Position numbers and translations under genes: made by a program
Origin: Okamejei kenojei
Taxonomy: Eukaryota
Direction of reading: 5' to 3'
Assembly (NCBI GenBank): GCA_035221665.1
Contig: CM069132.1
Location: 63,178,001 to 63,242,000 of the forward strand
DNA: 64,000 nucleotides
In this document: one piece after another, positions 38,910-53,059 of the stretch
Position numbering within the stretch: position 1 is the stretch's first letter
How the letters are laid out: the number at the start of each line of letters is the position of its first letter
The notes under the pieces: generated by a model
The model's database searches: none
What the model was told of the DNA's origin: nothing
What the model saw: the letters and a program-made list of their open reading frames with translations, nothing else

Positions 38910-39218
38910 TCACTTTACTTTAGACTTTAGAGATACTGCGCGGAAACAGGCCCTTTGGTCCACTGAGTCCGCACTGACCAACGATCAGCTCGTACTTGAT
39001 ACATTGGGGACAATTTACAAATGTTTTTCACTGAAACCAATTAACCTACAGACCTGTACGTCTTTGGAATGTGTGACTAAACCGGAGCCCCAGAGAAAAC
39101 TCATGAGGTCACAGTGAGAACGTACAAACTCCACACAGACAGCGTCCGTAGACAGGATTGAACCCGGGTCCCTGGCGCTGTAAGGCAGCAACACTACCGC
39201 TGCGCCACCGTGCTGCCT
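38910..39218 (-). mobile_element. tRNA-derived V-SINE (HE1-like)
   Basis: Minus-strand head ggcagcacggtggcgcagcggtag..gacccgggttcaatcc (A/B boxes), V-domain-like core, CR1-like tail and (CTAAA)n-like end; homologous to 55975-56268. Confidence 0.85.
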
Positions 39219-40842
39219 TAGTTACACTGAGACGCTAGTGTCCTGAAAACAGTACAAAATGACCAAGATATCCTATTCTACGTTTTCTGCCTGAGTTAAA
39301 GAGAAGATCTTTTGCTACCTGGACTGAGGTTCTATGGTGTGCAAAAGGCATTTTACAGCTTATGGCACTCAGCACTGAATGTGGACTATGTATGCTCTTT
39401 ACTGAAACATCTGACTTTTGCCACAGTGTAGTCTAGCTTTCTGTTGCTTCAGATCCATCCTCCTACGTTTACGCCTCCTTTCCATTGTCCTGACTTTGTT
39501 GTAAAGGTGCGTGGTATTGTTGTAGCCAGTGACTTGTCCTTGGGTTCAGTTTCTGTAGGCCAACTGCTATTGAGGCTCAACCTTCACTATGGATCAAACC
39601 TGTTCCAGGAACAGTTGCTTTCCTATACCTATAAGGTTTTTGAAGCAACCCGCACAACCCTAATCCAATCTCTACAACACAATGGACATCTCTTGCATTA
39701 CTGTGGACTGGTTGTTTCTAACTCTGTTTTTAACTCGCCAATCTTGTGCATGTGACAATCAGCTTGGTTTGTCTTGATTTGACGGAGAGAAGGGCATGAT
39801 GGGCAGCTCATGAAAACTCCAGAGAAATTTACAGTCGTAAAAGCTAACCTTTATGACGAAAAAAAGAAAACTTCCCATCCAATGCAGTATGCAAATTGCA
39901 ATTGTGTTTCTTCTCTGTGTTTCCAGCTTCAAATGGCAATCCCACTGATTCACTCGAAACACTCCCGGAACCGTCAGAAGGAACCATCTCCCAGGTACAT
40001 GGAAAGGATGCTAATTCTAAATTCAAATATAAAATATGAGAAACATACGACATATTACAGTTACTGTAAAGAGAACTGTACAATTTTGAAGACCGGATGC
40101 ACAAGATTTCATCATTTGTTCATTTTCTTTTAAAAAATGCCATGTAGTTTAACATTTCCTCCACGTTATTCTTTTACAGTGACGAGATGTATGTCTGAGC
40201 TATAGAGTTTACAAGGCATTTAATGGATCTGGCATACTGACTAAACTAAGGTCATAGACACAGGTCTTATTGTTTATGAGCATTTCAGTTTGAAAGCTGT
40301 TACTTATGTGCTCTTTGGTACAGCTTTCAATTTAGCAGACTAGGTTGAACATTGCTAAGGGGCCGTTATCTGCCTGGCTGGTTTGATGATTACTATGTGG
40401 AGTTGTCTGATTCACTATCACAGTGGTTGGCAAAATTGTTGAGAATTTTAAGGAGAGTGATGAGTAATTTCTGGGAACATAGGGGCACTAAGTAATAAAA
40501 ACTCAAATATTCTGCTTGATAGAGTGATTTTTCACTCAGATGAGAAGCCTATCAAACATTCTTGTATGAAAGGACACAGGTTAAGCAGGTGGTAAAAGGA
40601 AAAAGGTAGATAATTAGGCCAGGGAGCCCAGCTGATGTGTCAAAACTGTAAATCCCGATTTGCACGTTGACAAGACAAATGAAATAATTCTTTCTTCAGT
40701 TACTTAAATGTCTGGCCGCATTACCATGTTAGCTGACAAGTGACACCTCGAATAAAAACATATTCTGTGAGGATGTCTACACTGCAGGTGTAAACAGTCG
40801 TGTGCTGATCACCATAACGTGAGGTTTCTTTCAGCATTGCTA

Positions 40843-41250
40843 TCTTCTTCCTCTTGCCTATGGCGTGCACAGCCTAAAGTTGTAAGACAACTTGTTCTGT
40901 TTGATCTTCTGTTTGTGCACGGCAGGTTGATTGCATTTGTTGAAACAGGGTGTGATTTGTGGGGATTGCCGCTGCTGGAGGAGGTGGTTGTAGCCACTTC
41001 TTCCTTGCCTCCTGGTGGACTTGGCAATGTTCCTGGCCCCATCCACCACTTGCAAATCTCCCCACTCCCACCCTGGCCATGCACGATAGCTTCCTTTTGG
41101 CATATAATCCGTTGACCAGGACTTGCACGTTCTTTTGAATTATTGTGCAGTCTATCTCCCCGATCTCTGTAGTCTCTTATACCTCCGTTGCAGCCAGAAA
41201 ATGTCTTGCAAGCAAGTGTTCACTGCGTTACAAAATGACCAGAGATGCAC
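40843..41250 (-). mobile_element. Probable LINE 3' fragment ending in a (GAA)n tail
   Basis: 3' ~110 bp shared with 16245-16355; upstream extent uncertain. Confidence 0.45.
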
Positions 41251-42055
41251 AAAGCAGAGTGAGGTCCCATCTGAATAAATTGTATTTTCTGGATACTATT
41301 TCTTGAATAAAGTTTGTTTAAAAAAAAGAGGTCTGGAAACACTGTTTGAAATGGCTAATTTTCTAACTTTTCTCTAAGGGTGCTGACTTACATTTTCTCT
41401 CTAAAAACGTGCATCAAAAATAACTAATTCAGTCTTGGTATATATATTAAAAGGCATATGTGCTTCACATTGAATTATTTACCTTGCACATTTTTAATGT
41501 ATGGGGGATAAAATTTGAAATAATTTTATGTGCGCAGCAAGATGCAAATATCAATGAGCTGACTCTAAATCCTCTTTATGCCTGCTAGTTGACAAATTCC
41601 AACTAGGCCACTTCGGGAAAGATCGCATGGTGCCATGGTACAGGGGTGCGGACAATAGACTGGGCTTTGTGTTTACATGTGGTCTCTGGCCCATGGCGTG
41701 CTGTGGTCAGACAGAGCCATTCATTTCTGCACCTTGTGACTCTAGAGAAAAATTACCAAAACTTGTTTGAAGCAAAGGGATTAATGTCTATCTAAAATGG
41801 TCAGCCAGCAATATGAAGTTAATTAGCATCTCGAAGGCAGATGTGAGAAAGAGCAATTCCTTCCAATATTTACTCCTTCATTTTCCAGTATGTTTTTCCA
41901 GTTACACTTGGTACTTGACCTAGGTTTTCACATTGTTTGAATGATATGGTGCTGCAAAGTTGAAGGGGTAAATGTCACAAGTCTTTGTACCTCCAGGGAT
42001 CCAGGTGACAATGTTGCCTCATGTTAAGATATTGCCACACAGCCTGTAATTTTCT

Positions 42056-42652
42056 CAAGTCAAGTCAAGTTTATTTGTCACATTTCACTACAAGTGTAGT
42101 GAAATGAAAGTGGCAATGCCTGCAGATTGTGCAACAACAACAGAACAACGGAACAGAACAGAACCAGTATTTACATTTTAGAAAAAAAAGACACAACATC
42201 AAATTAGTCCCTGGTGAGATCAGAATTTACAGTCCTAATGGCCTGTGGGAAGAAACTCCGTCTTATACTCTCTGTTTTTGCAGCGTGACAGTAGAGGCTC
42301 TTGCCTGACCGTAGCAGCTGGAACAGTCCGTTGCTGGGGTGGTAGGGGTCCTTCATTATCTTGCTGGCTCTGGATCAGCACCTGCTGGTGTATAGGTCCT
42401 GCAGGGGGGTGAGTGTAGTTCCCATAGTGCGTTCGGCCAAACACACTACTCTCTGCAGAGCCTTCCTGTCCTGGGCTGAGCTGTTCCCAAACCTGATCAT
42501 GATGTTACCAGACAGGATGATTTCTACAGCTCCAGAGTAGAAGGACTGAAGGATCCTCAGAGAGACTCTGAATTTCCTCAGCTGCCTGAGGTGGTAAAAG
42601 TGTTGCCTTGTCTTTCTCGCCAGTGCAGCAGTGTGTGTTGTCCATGTCAGAG
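42056..42652 (-). mobile_element. Rex1/Babar-type LINE 3' fragment
   Basis: (CTTGA)n-type tail (tcaagtcaagtcaagt); tggcctgtgggaagaaactcc..cttgcctgaccgtagcagctggaacag..ggggtggtaggggtcc is the typical ORF2 end. Confidence 0.8.
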
Positions 42653-42662
42653 TTTTAACTTA

Positions 42663-45083
42663 AGGCTCTGTCTCACCAGCATGCAACTGCATGCGACTAG
42701 CCCGACAAAATCGGAAGCGGGGGTCGCGTGGAGGTCGGGCGTCCCCGAGCGAGTTGGCGCGAAGTTCGTGCGAAGTCCGAGGGAAGGTTGCGCGTGACGT
42801 CATTTTTCCTCATATAAACGGGACTGCAGGCTGCTTGCTATTCCACGATCATCATGGAAGAGACACAGAAACAGATACAGATTGCATTGCTGCAACAGCA
42901 AGAGAGGCTTCTGTTAGCAGCAGCCCTCATGCTGGCAGGTCAGCTGGGCAGGGGTTCAACAAGGAGTTCAACAAGGAAGGCTATGAAGAAACCCAGGAAG
43001 AGGTCTTTGTTCCGGATGAGACCCACTTTGGGCCAGTATGAGAACATGGTGACCGATCTGCAGCAGAAAGATGAGGCTGCCTTTAGAAATGTCACCAGGT
43101 TACCCCCTGACCTGTTTCAGGAGCTAAAGACACGAGTCGGACCTCTTCTGCAGAAAAGAGACACCGTCATGCGGAAGGCACTGGAACCAGGCCTGCGCCT
43201 AGCCATCACCCTCCGCTACCTTGCGTCAGGGGATTCCTACAAGAGCCTCTCGTGCAACTTCCGTGTGGCTCACAACACCATCAGGCTAAGGTCGTCCGAG
43301 AGACCTGTGATGCCATCAACAATGCATATGATGAAATGATTGACTGCCCTAGTACGCCTGACGAGTGGAGGATAGTGGCGCACGGCTTTCAAACCAGATG
43401 GAACTTCCTGCACACATGTGGGGCAGTTGACGGGAAGCATGTGGCCATCCGGTGTCCACCCAGGGGACGTTCTATGTACTTTAACTACAAGAAGTTCCAT
43501 TCCATCGTGCTGTAGCTGTGGTCGATGCAAACTACAACTTCCTGTTTGTGAATGTGGGCACACCTGGCAGTGCCGCAGATGGAGGGATCTGGAGAGAGAC
43601 CTCCCTTGGGCAAGCACTGGAAGAAGGGAAAGCAGGCCTTCCTGACCCAGTACCTCTACCGGGAGAAGACAATCCTGACATCCCCTACGCATCGGTTGGT
43701 GATGATGCCTTCGCACTCAGGCCATGGATGATGAAGCCATACCCTCACAGGCAGATGTCTAGGGAGCAAAGGATCTTTAATTACAGGCTGTCCAGGGCTA
43801 GGAGGGTCGTGGAAAACGCTTTTGGTATCCTTGCTAGCAGATTCAGATTCCTGCTGACTACAATGGAGCAGGAGCCCGAGAATGTGCAGACCATTGTCTA
43901 CGCGGCATGCGTCCTCCACAACCTGACCCGCACCAGAGGTGCAGCAGCAGCCATGGTGGAGGGTGACACGATGGACAAACAGACAGGAGAAGTCACACCA
44001 GGATCTTGGAGAGATGCAAGACAGGCTGCACCGATGGTGGCACTAGGTGCATTGCAAGGAAACACCAGCAACAAAAGAGCAGAGGGACCATCTCTGTGCT
44101 TACTACAACTCCGAGCGAGGTAGTGTACCCTGGCAGAACAATATGTGGCGAGGATCAAAAGCAAACATCCCACACCACAGAGGACCACCACTGCAGGAAC
44201 TGATCTAATAAAAGGAGGATCTATGTACGTTAATGGAAGGTTTTTGTATGTGAAATGAGTAATGAGTAATACTGTGATAATAATAATATCTCACACATCG
44301 CACATTGTACTTTCTTTGAAATGTCATCATTTTAAAAGCGGATAAATGCATTTGTCTGCTTTACATGATGTCTCATGACACTCTTTGCAATTCAATGCAG
44401 TTCAATGCCTGTGTGTGTTTCATTTATCTAATAAAGCGTGGACTTTATATGTGAGATGCATTCCAGTATTAGGCATGGTTTCCATATGAGAGATCTACTC
44501 CATGATTAACAACTGCTTTTCCCACTACACGAAAAGGTTACACTGAAGTTTAATAATCAAGTTGTGTGTGAGGTTATCTCCGATAAAGACAAAGACCCAT
44601 GACTTTATAAGAATCAATTCCTTTATTTACTGCAAACAAACATGATCCTGGGGTTCCTTGTTCTCCTCATGTTCTCTGGAGTTCGATGCAGCTGGGAAGG
44701 ACTCCGTTGCAAGAAATTGCAAGTGATGGTTTTTTTCAAAACGCGCGCGCATTTTATGTGTCAGGGTAAAGGCGGGCTGACTAACAATGCGTGTCGCATA
44801 GCGTCGGGCAGTGACGTCATCGCGCAATGCCATGCGGAAGACGCACGACATCGAGACGTTACTTGCGTCCTCGATGCGGCTGCGGCCCACAGGATTTTGC
44901 CACGTGGGATTTTTGAACAGTGTCGGTTTTTCGGAGCTCCGCGCGATGGCGGGACCAGCTCCGCACAACTCCACGCGGCTCCGGCGATCGAAGTGGGACC
45001 GGCCCCGCGACGCCGGACGGCTCAAACGACCATGTTATGTCGCGCTCATCGCAATGGAGTTGCATACTGCTGGGACAGGCCCT
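42663..45083 (+). mobile_element. PIF/Harbinger DNA transposon (~2.4 kb) with imperfect TIRs and TTA TSD
   Basis: Left end aggctctgtctcaccagcatgcaact; right end reverse complement agggcctgtcccagcagtatgcaact; TTA at 42660-42662 and 45084-45086; encloses the transposase. Confidence 0.88.
42854..44123 (+). pseudogene. Frameshifted Harbinger (DDE_Tnp_4 / HARBI1-like) transposase
   Basis: Three consecutive ORF pieces: LRLAITLRYLASGDSYKSL; WNFLHTCGAVDGKHVAIRCP..YFNYKKFHSIVL; VDANYNF..GSAADGGIW..VGDDAF..MMKPYP..FNYRLSRARRVVENAFGILASRFR..ACVLHN. Confidence 0.93.
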
Positions 45084-45464
45084 TTACGTTCCAGTGTTGG
45101 CACTTTATTTGGACTCTGCCTCTGTTTATTTTGGACCTTTCATAAAGTTAGTATTTGTCATGGATTATAAATTTTGACACAAGTCCTCAAGATCACTCAG
45201 AGAGCGTTGCATTTTACATTTGTTTTGATTCTCTTTTCCTGGCTGATGGCTTGCTGCAGCTGTGAGTCTAACTGGATTACTTGACTGGTTAATGACTATG
45301 GGTCAGAAGTTTATTTGAGGTTTGTTTGACTGTAATTTCACTGTCATAAAAATGAAATAAAGAGTCCATAAAGTTCAAATCAGTACTGACCAAGCTTTGC
45401 AATTTCATGGGGAAAACTATATTTAAATTATTTTATATTTATCACATTTCAAAGATTTGCTTAC

Positions 45465-45570
45465 TATCATGTAAAGACATGTATCATGTTACATTATATC
45501 ATGGCATACCATATCCTGTCTCATCATATCATCTTATATTATGTTGAATCATATCACATCATATCATATT
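45465..45570. repeat. Degenerate (ATCAT)n microsatellite
   Basis: tcatcatatcatcttatattatgttgaatcatatcacatcatatcatatt. Confidence 0.7.
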
Positions 45571-48500
45571 GCAAGCCTAGTGCTAATTGCCAACACTTCC
45601 TCCCTTGCTGATTTATATTGGCGCCCTGTGCTTCTTAATTTAAAGTTTGCATTTTTTTATGGGCTTTGCCACATCTGTTGAATCATCTATGGCAACATTT
45701 TGCTTCACTCGTTCCACAAATCCTTGCCCTATTGATAACTGTGTCTCCAACAGCCTTGCCTTCTTGGATTAGAATTCTCACCCCACGCATTTCAGCTTCC
45801 CTTTCTTTCCCTTTTCTCCTTTTTTTTCCTTAAGAAGGAGCTTTTATTGCATATTCACAGTTTACAAAGCATTGCAATAATCAACACTCCTATTCATGCA
45901 GATTGCAAACATCGACCATCGGATGACAACGTTGTCAGCCATATCCACAACACGCCTGAGCCCCCGCAATGATCTGTGTTCATGGATGGCCTGTAAAATC
46001 CCCGTAGATACTGTGTGTTCCCTCTTCAGGGACACGCAGGCATGGACCTAAGCCCGGAAAGGGGTTTGGGCAGTCGATTCAGATAGTCCCTCTTCTCCTT
46101 TAGGACTTTGACCAAGCGTTGGTTGGTTGACCTTCTAGTGATAACTGCTTCTTTCTTTTGGTGTCAAATTTTCTCAACCAGTAGCATTTCCCAATGATAC
46201 TGAATTTTATCACTTAAGGATATCACGATATAGCAGCACCCAAAACCAGCTGGCCTTTCTCCAAGGATAAGGCTTGAGGTTTGCCAGATGTTAACAAATG
46301 ACATTCTCCAAACACCCTGTATTCTTTTATATTTATACCCAGCTGTGATGCAATGCTTCATAAACTTTGTTAACTTTTTCTTGCCCCTTCCTTACTTTTC
46401 TTTCTTCATTCTACACACACAGACATTCAGCACTTTACAACAGTTAAGCCCTCTTGCTGGAAGTGTTAGTACAGGACTTGGATTACAGTGTTTCTGTGTA
46501 CACTTGCACATTGTGACATGATCCTTTCACTTCAGTCATCTGTGTGATGAGTTATTTTTCAAGAGTTCAGCTGTTGGCTTGATAGGGAGAGCCCCTGGTG
46601 ATAAGCTGACAAAGCTCATTTGGCAGCCAAAGAAAGGGGAATCCGCGCGCTGGTGTCAGCTCAGCAGGCTGTGAACATTCCCGCATGGCCAAAGGGTCAG
46701 CGTGGTCAAGGTCTATGACAGGCTGTGCTGCTGACTGCCTCTCCATCTGGAGTGCCACTAATCCAAATACTTGGATGCCTTTTAAATACTTACATTTGAG
46801 ACTGATCACTCTTTCAACCAGTTGGAATACCATCAACCAGAAGAGCAGAAGCCAATTTACAGGGGCTAAAATCTTTAAAGGTTTAATATTGAATGGTGTA
46901 GGTGATTATATTACTATTTTGAGCTGAAATCAACAGTCAGCAATACATATATTGGTGCACACAGAAATAGACAGTCATGTGTTAACACACTTTGAAGCCA
47001 GCATTCAGATGCTGACAAAATTGACCTATTTATTCAAGTTGCTCTTTTCCTTGGCTAGAAAGCAATATGGATCTAACTGTACAACTATAGTGCTAGATGC
47101 TGATAACTATAAACTGCAGAGCTTAGTTGGCAGGGTAACACATCTTAGTTAATGTTGCACCTCAGGTACTACTTTGAGACCGTTATTTGCTGGAACAATG
47201 AAAACCTGATAGATCCAAAGTTATTTTGTGATCTCCAGTTGCTAAAAGGTCTCAGCTTGAACAAAGCCAATGTAGCATGAAGTTTGCTTCTTGAGAGTCT
47301 GATGCCACTTGCTTTAAAGCAATTTAGATGCTTTTGTACCCATGTTGATTCTAGGTGTGTTGTAGGAGGTTGAATGTAGATCATTTGTTCTATTGCGGAT
47401 AGATTTGAAGCAAAGCACGCTCATTTATAATGGTGGTTCATTTCTCCAACACAATATTTTATTCTAAAAATATCACACTGTTCTTAAATGTATTTGAAAA
47501 TGTATATAACAAAGAACATTCATGCATTGCTGTACCAGTATAAATCATGTAATTCCATTGACTTTATGCCTTGTCACTTGTTTGAAAGTCCTGGTGATGA
47601 GGCATTCTGCAAAATAACTTTGAGAATGTGCTTGGGCGACCATCCCACAGGATCCACCTCCAGGAGGCCATTCCCAGCCAACCACTGCCAGACAGACTCA
47701 TGGTCAAAGGTGTTTTAATGCAGAAACCCTTTCTGTGAGAGACAGGTGGTGTGGCAACGTTCAACTGAATGAAGTATTGTGTACCAATGAGGCCAGGCTC
47801 ATTCTCTACAACAAGGGGAACAGGTAGAACGTCAGCACATGGTGATACGTGCATACTCAGGCTCTACACACATCTTTGTTCCTGATGGTGGCATTCAGAC
47901 ATGGGCCAGTAATTATTTGGTCAAATTACCAGTTATATGACCGTGGCCATCTCTTGTCACAAAGCAGTTAACACCAATTGCAGAGCAAGGTCCTATTAAT
48001 TGATAGTGAAAGTCGATCTATTGATGAGTAAGTTGTGAATATTTGATTTTTGTTGCATGTAGACCATGCTCTTTTTGGCTAAAATGACAAAAAAAAAAGA
48101 AGTAACTTTCCAGTGGAAATAACATCAGCAGTTTGATGCAGCTACCTGTAAGGTCATCATTTTGTCATTGAGAAGCACTTCCCCTGAGACCCTGACTGAG
48201 GAGAAGTGCCCCAGATAATGGCACTGCTTTGGCTTCTCACTGGCACTTGATGGCTTTGCAAACTCAATAAATCTCCTGAGAGCTGATTAAAATGTTTTGA
48301 TCCCGACATATTACCACTACTTTGTGAGAAGATTAATGTGGTATAGATTGTATCTGCTGTAAACCTGTAATGCCTGTAAAGCTGCTGCAAATAAGAATGT
48401 CATTGTTCTGGTTCATATCCAGTACAATATGACAAATACATGCACTCGATCTTGAACACTGTTGTGCAGGTTACAAAGCAGCAGGTACACATGCAAAGAT

Positions 48501-49150
48501 CCAAGTGGCATGTTGTTTCCTAATCAATACAGGTTCATGCAGGCTAGCAGCTGATTAAGTACTATCACTATTCATAGTGTCTTTGGGTAGTGTAGTAGTG
48601 ACAGCCAGTGAGTCTCCAACACTTGTTAATGTGTCTACTATTGACAGCAAACCTCTTTCAGTTGACGATGCAGTATGAATATGCTATTGACTGAGCACTG
48701 GCTGATGAAAGAGTAGAATTTGCAAAGTGAAGTAAGGTCATTGTAATTAGCCAATAGATATCTCAAGTAATGAGCTGTATTGTGTTTGTTTGCTCTTTAA
48801 AAGCAATGATACTAACTGAAAATCACGCAGTAATTATTTTTATAGTCATTTAATTAAAAAAAGGTAGCTACCATTAACATTGTTCTCATAGTGACTGCAG
48901 AAATTGAGAAGTTATGATGGATTATTCTTTGACTAGTCAATCATCATTCAGCTGGCTGCACTGAGAAATAATATTTTAAGGAAGCGTGCAGGTCTGTATG
49001 TATATGTGTGCTAATATGTGTTTCTCTGAGTGTGCATGTATGCACACATTTTCAAGTTGTTATGATTTGAGTTGTAGGGCTCGGGGCACTGGGATGCAGG
49101 TAAGCTGAGGTCATAGCGGGTGTGTGGAGAAAGCATTATTTCTGAATTAT

Positions 49151-49382
49151 TAGAAACAAGGAACTGTAGATGCTGGTTAATACACAAAAATCACAAAGTG
49201 CTGGAGTAACTCGGCAGGTTACACAGCATCTCTGGGGAACATGGATAGGTAACGTTTCAGGGTTTGGACTCCGGCGTTGTATCGGATCTAAAGAAGGGTC
49301 CTGACCTGAAATGCAACATCGATGTTCTTCAGAGAAGTTGCCTGACCTGCTGAGTTACTCCAGCATTTTGTGCCCTTTTATG
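49151..49382. mobile_element. Miniature PLE-terminus insertion, inverted halves
   Basis: aaacaaggaactgtagatgctgg..ggtaacgtttcaggg then tctaaagaagggtcctgacctgaaa..gagttactccagcattttgtg; near-TSD tctgaattat/tcagaattat. Confidence 0.8.
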
Positions 49383-52300
49383 TCAGAATTATGCCCAATT
49401 TTTGGTGTGCTCCAGATTCCAGGTCTAAGATATTACTATTGACGTTATAGTGAAAATACTGGAAAACAGCAATAAAATCTCCTCAGATGTAAACAACACC
49501 ACTTTGTGTCAAACAAAAGGATATTACGTGCTGCAAATAAGTTACTGCACAGTACTCCCAGTGTCACCTCGAAGTAGATTTCAATGAGGGAAACCATGTT
49601 TGGACCTGCAGACAGCAACCCTCACACCCAGCACCAAATATTCTGAAGGAAAGGTTGGGGAAAAAACAAATGCCTGGTGTCTGATGCAGCAATTCAACTA
49701 TCAGGCTTCAGCAGTCTTGGAACATTTGGAAAAAAAGAACAAAGGCTGGCTGTGGCTGATGTGACCATCTATATGCACAACTCCATTTTATAACTAGTCC
49801 TGGCTGTTAGTGTGGATAGACCAGTCAATCCAAAGGTGCATTATTACTCTTTGCCCTGACATTTTCAAGTACCTTCCAGAATATTTTCTCTGTTGGCCAT
49901 TAGACAGGTCAGAGAACCTGAAATTAAAACTGCGCCGATAGTTTTAACTCCAAAGGTTGTATGAAAGAATTGCCGAGCAAGATGCAACATAACAAGTTGT
50001 AAGTTGCAGTTTGCACCCACGATGGCCAAGGGCTGTGCCTCAGTTCCAGCCTGGAAGTTAACACTGGGAGAGAGACGGTCACTCGAGCTCTGAGTCAGGG
50101 ATGCAAGATTTCATAATCATTAAGAACCAGATTTGAATTTAAACAATCCCTCTGTGTACATAAGAACACATTCACCACAGGAGTAATGTTTTCTTTTGAC
50201 CCCAGGTTTCAAAGATGAAAGAATTCTGTAGTCAACAAAATGAAAATGTTGAGACCATGTTATATATTCTCATAAAATGGAAGGCTTTAATTAGGTTATA
50301 CATTTCTTGAGTTTCAAGGTTTGAGCATGTTTTAAACTCTAACACAGCAGCAAATGTATGCATTTGCAGCTTCATTCTATTCTCTCTAATATCCAGCAAT
50401 GCATGTAATATTATTAGGCAAATCTTTCAATACTTTATATTTTCTGAGAGGGATCTTGTTTGCCTCGATGGCTGATTCATACAATAAGATATGAACTTCA
50501 AGTGACAGGCAGAAATTTCTGGTTCGCAGAAACCTGCCTGAGTGAACATCAGTATAGCAGCTTTAAAATCTGCCCCTAATTACAGGCAAGAAAATAACTT
50601 TTGGATTGTGCTTTTAATTTTTGTGTCCAATAAGTGTAAAACTCTTCCATCAGGAACCTAAAGAATGCAAGGAACTATTTTAAAACTTTGAACTGTGCAT
50701 TCACAATGTATAGTATGTTAGGGAATTGGAAGGAGTGAGTCTGAGTGCAGAAAAAAATATATATGCACGCACATTTGTATCAGCTTTACAACATCAGGCA
50801 TCGGAGTAATGTGACAAACAAAGCAGGAATTGGAAAGATCTGTGCCATCTCTATGCAATGGTTCATTCTACTCTGTCACTCAAATTCTCCATCTGTAGCA
50901 AAAGAAGAGTTGGAAAAGTACATCCATTTACTACAGTCATAAAGTCACAATCATTATTTACATAGCATCGAACAATTAACCATTGAAAATAATCAGTTTT
51001 TAAAGCTGTGATTGCTGATTCTCCATTTGTTTGCTCGACGCTACTAAATGTACTTGTTAACATTAACAGAAAAGGCTGTTTTCTTCCTGTTGCTGCCTTG
51101 CAGTTGGTGGGATAATTATGTTAAACACAGAATTAGAAAGCTTAAACAGCACTTTCGTTTCTTCTCTTAATCTTTCAAGCAGGCCTGCTTGTGACCTCCC
51201 TTTTTCCTTGACGTTTTAAATTTGCACATCATAATGGCTGCTGCCAGTTAGCCGGGGATAATTAATGAGATCAGTGCAGCCTGGTGGCTTGCAAGGAGGG
51301 CAGGGCAGTGCTCCAAGTCCTCTTTGGCCTTAACTTAAACCATGGAACTACTGGCTTCCTGAGTCAATAGTGAACCTGCAATGCTAACAACAGGCCTCTA
51401 TTGATCATTGCCCCATGCTAATTAGTGGCAGTGCCTGAATGAGATATGGCCTCACAGAATATCACTCTTGCCTTACAGGCACTTTCTGGCAATCACTGCT
51501 TTTTTTCTAAAGAGCCTATATTTGCAATTCTAGAGAAAGGAATAGTTTATCCTTCTCAAATGCTTTTAGCTTCCTCATATTTTTTTTTTCATTTTAAGGC
51601 ATCAGGATTACACCCTGATTGTCATCTAAAAACTACAGTTGAACAGTTTCTGATTGCCACAATCAAACAGGCTGTCACCGTTCAGAAAAAAAAGGAACAG
51701 AGGATTTGTGGCAATGTAATAATGTAGTGAGGAAACCAAGAACAAATTATATTCTGGAAAAATACAGCACCAGAGTATGAAAAGGGAACAAATTGGGAAC
51801 AAATTAACTTGTGTAGCTTTAGGTTTTTCAACACTAGGACATTACAAGTGAGTCTGGTATCTGATGCGTTGAGACACCAATATTTGTTAGATTGTCACTT
51901 TATGATCAATAAACCATGCACAGATTTCCCATACATTTGGTCAATGTGTCATTTGCATAAACTAGTAAAGGTAAGAACAAATTTGCAGAAATTGTACAAT
52001 TTAGTATGTGCTTATCTTAGTCAAATCAATCCTATTGTAACTCCTGGAAGATTGGTGAAGATAATAGAAATTCATCCATGAGAAAATGTCTGCTTTTGCA
52101 ATGTAGGTTTAGAGCACTTTATTCACTCCAATAACAAAATGCTCATAGTTTATGAATCAGAAACTACAGCCTTTTTTCATTTTTACCAGTGGAGATTTTT
52201 ACCCGGGACATAGGGTTCATAGTTTACCAGTGGCCCTTGCACTCACTGATCATATCAAGCTGCTGTGGGAGATACAAATAGCAAAGTGCCTTTGTTTAGG

Positions 52301-52661
52301 TTGTTTCTGGATCAATTGTTCCACAGTAAATGCAGGAAATCTCTCCTGTTATCAGGAGTTTCTTTCAATCTCCAGCACAAGTTTCCGATAAAGCTCCTGG
52401 GAACAGTGGCCAAGAAATCTATTTGAACCCACAGAAGCATATTCATCTGTCATTTCATGCCATGCAAAGATGATATTTGTTATGAGCCTCCCTCTTAAAA
52501 CTTCAGGCACGTTACTGAAATGACCTGATAATGAAGGGAAGGACTTTCCCTTTGTGGCAAGCACCTTCCAGCTGGAGCTGAGCCTGGAGTGTCAAAAGGC
52601 AGAGAGGTCATGGGTAATGGGAGGATTCGGATCACACACAGTGTATTTGATTGTTCTACGA

Positions 52662-52756
52662 AAGACACAAAATGCCGGTGTAACCCAGCAGGCCAGGCAG
52701 CATCCCTGGAGAACATGGATCGATTACATTTCGGGTTGGGACCTTTTTTCAGACAG
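52662..52756 (-). mobile_element. PLE-terminus fragment
   Basis: agacacaaaatgccggtgtaacccagcaggccaggcagcatc..tttcgggttgggaccttttttcagac. Confidence 0.7.
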
Positions 52757-53059
52757 ATTATTCTATATTCTTAGATAATCAATCTGAGATTATTCTATAT
52801 TACTGATTAGTAAGGTGGGTAACAGAAATAGGACTTCTAATCAAACAACCCTTATCAAAGCTGAGCCTTCCTCAATGAATAGCAATGGCTGGTACAGCAA
52901 GTATTAAATGTGCTACTTGGTACATATGGTTTTTGAAGGTAGGTACATACACATATATGTAAGCAAACCTTCATATGTCAAACTATTCTCTCAAATAACC
53001 ATTTAAAAGTTAAATTTCCAATTAACTCATAATTTACAATCACAACATAGATAGGCGAA

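Noticed and set aside
42854-44123. Domesticated HARBI1 host gene
   Set aside because: The reading frame is broken twice and the ORF is enclosed by TIRs and a TTA TSD, so it is a transposon copy
44627-45177. Overlapping ORFs as the Harbinger Myb/SANT protein
   Set aside because: No Trp-spaced Myb/MADF pattern; they overlap the GC-rich subterminal region and some run past the TIR
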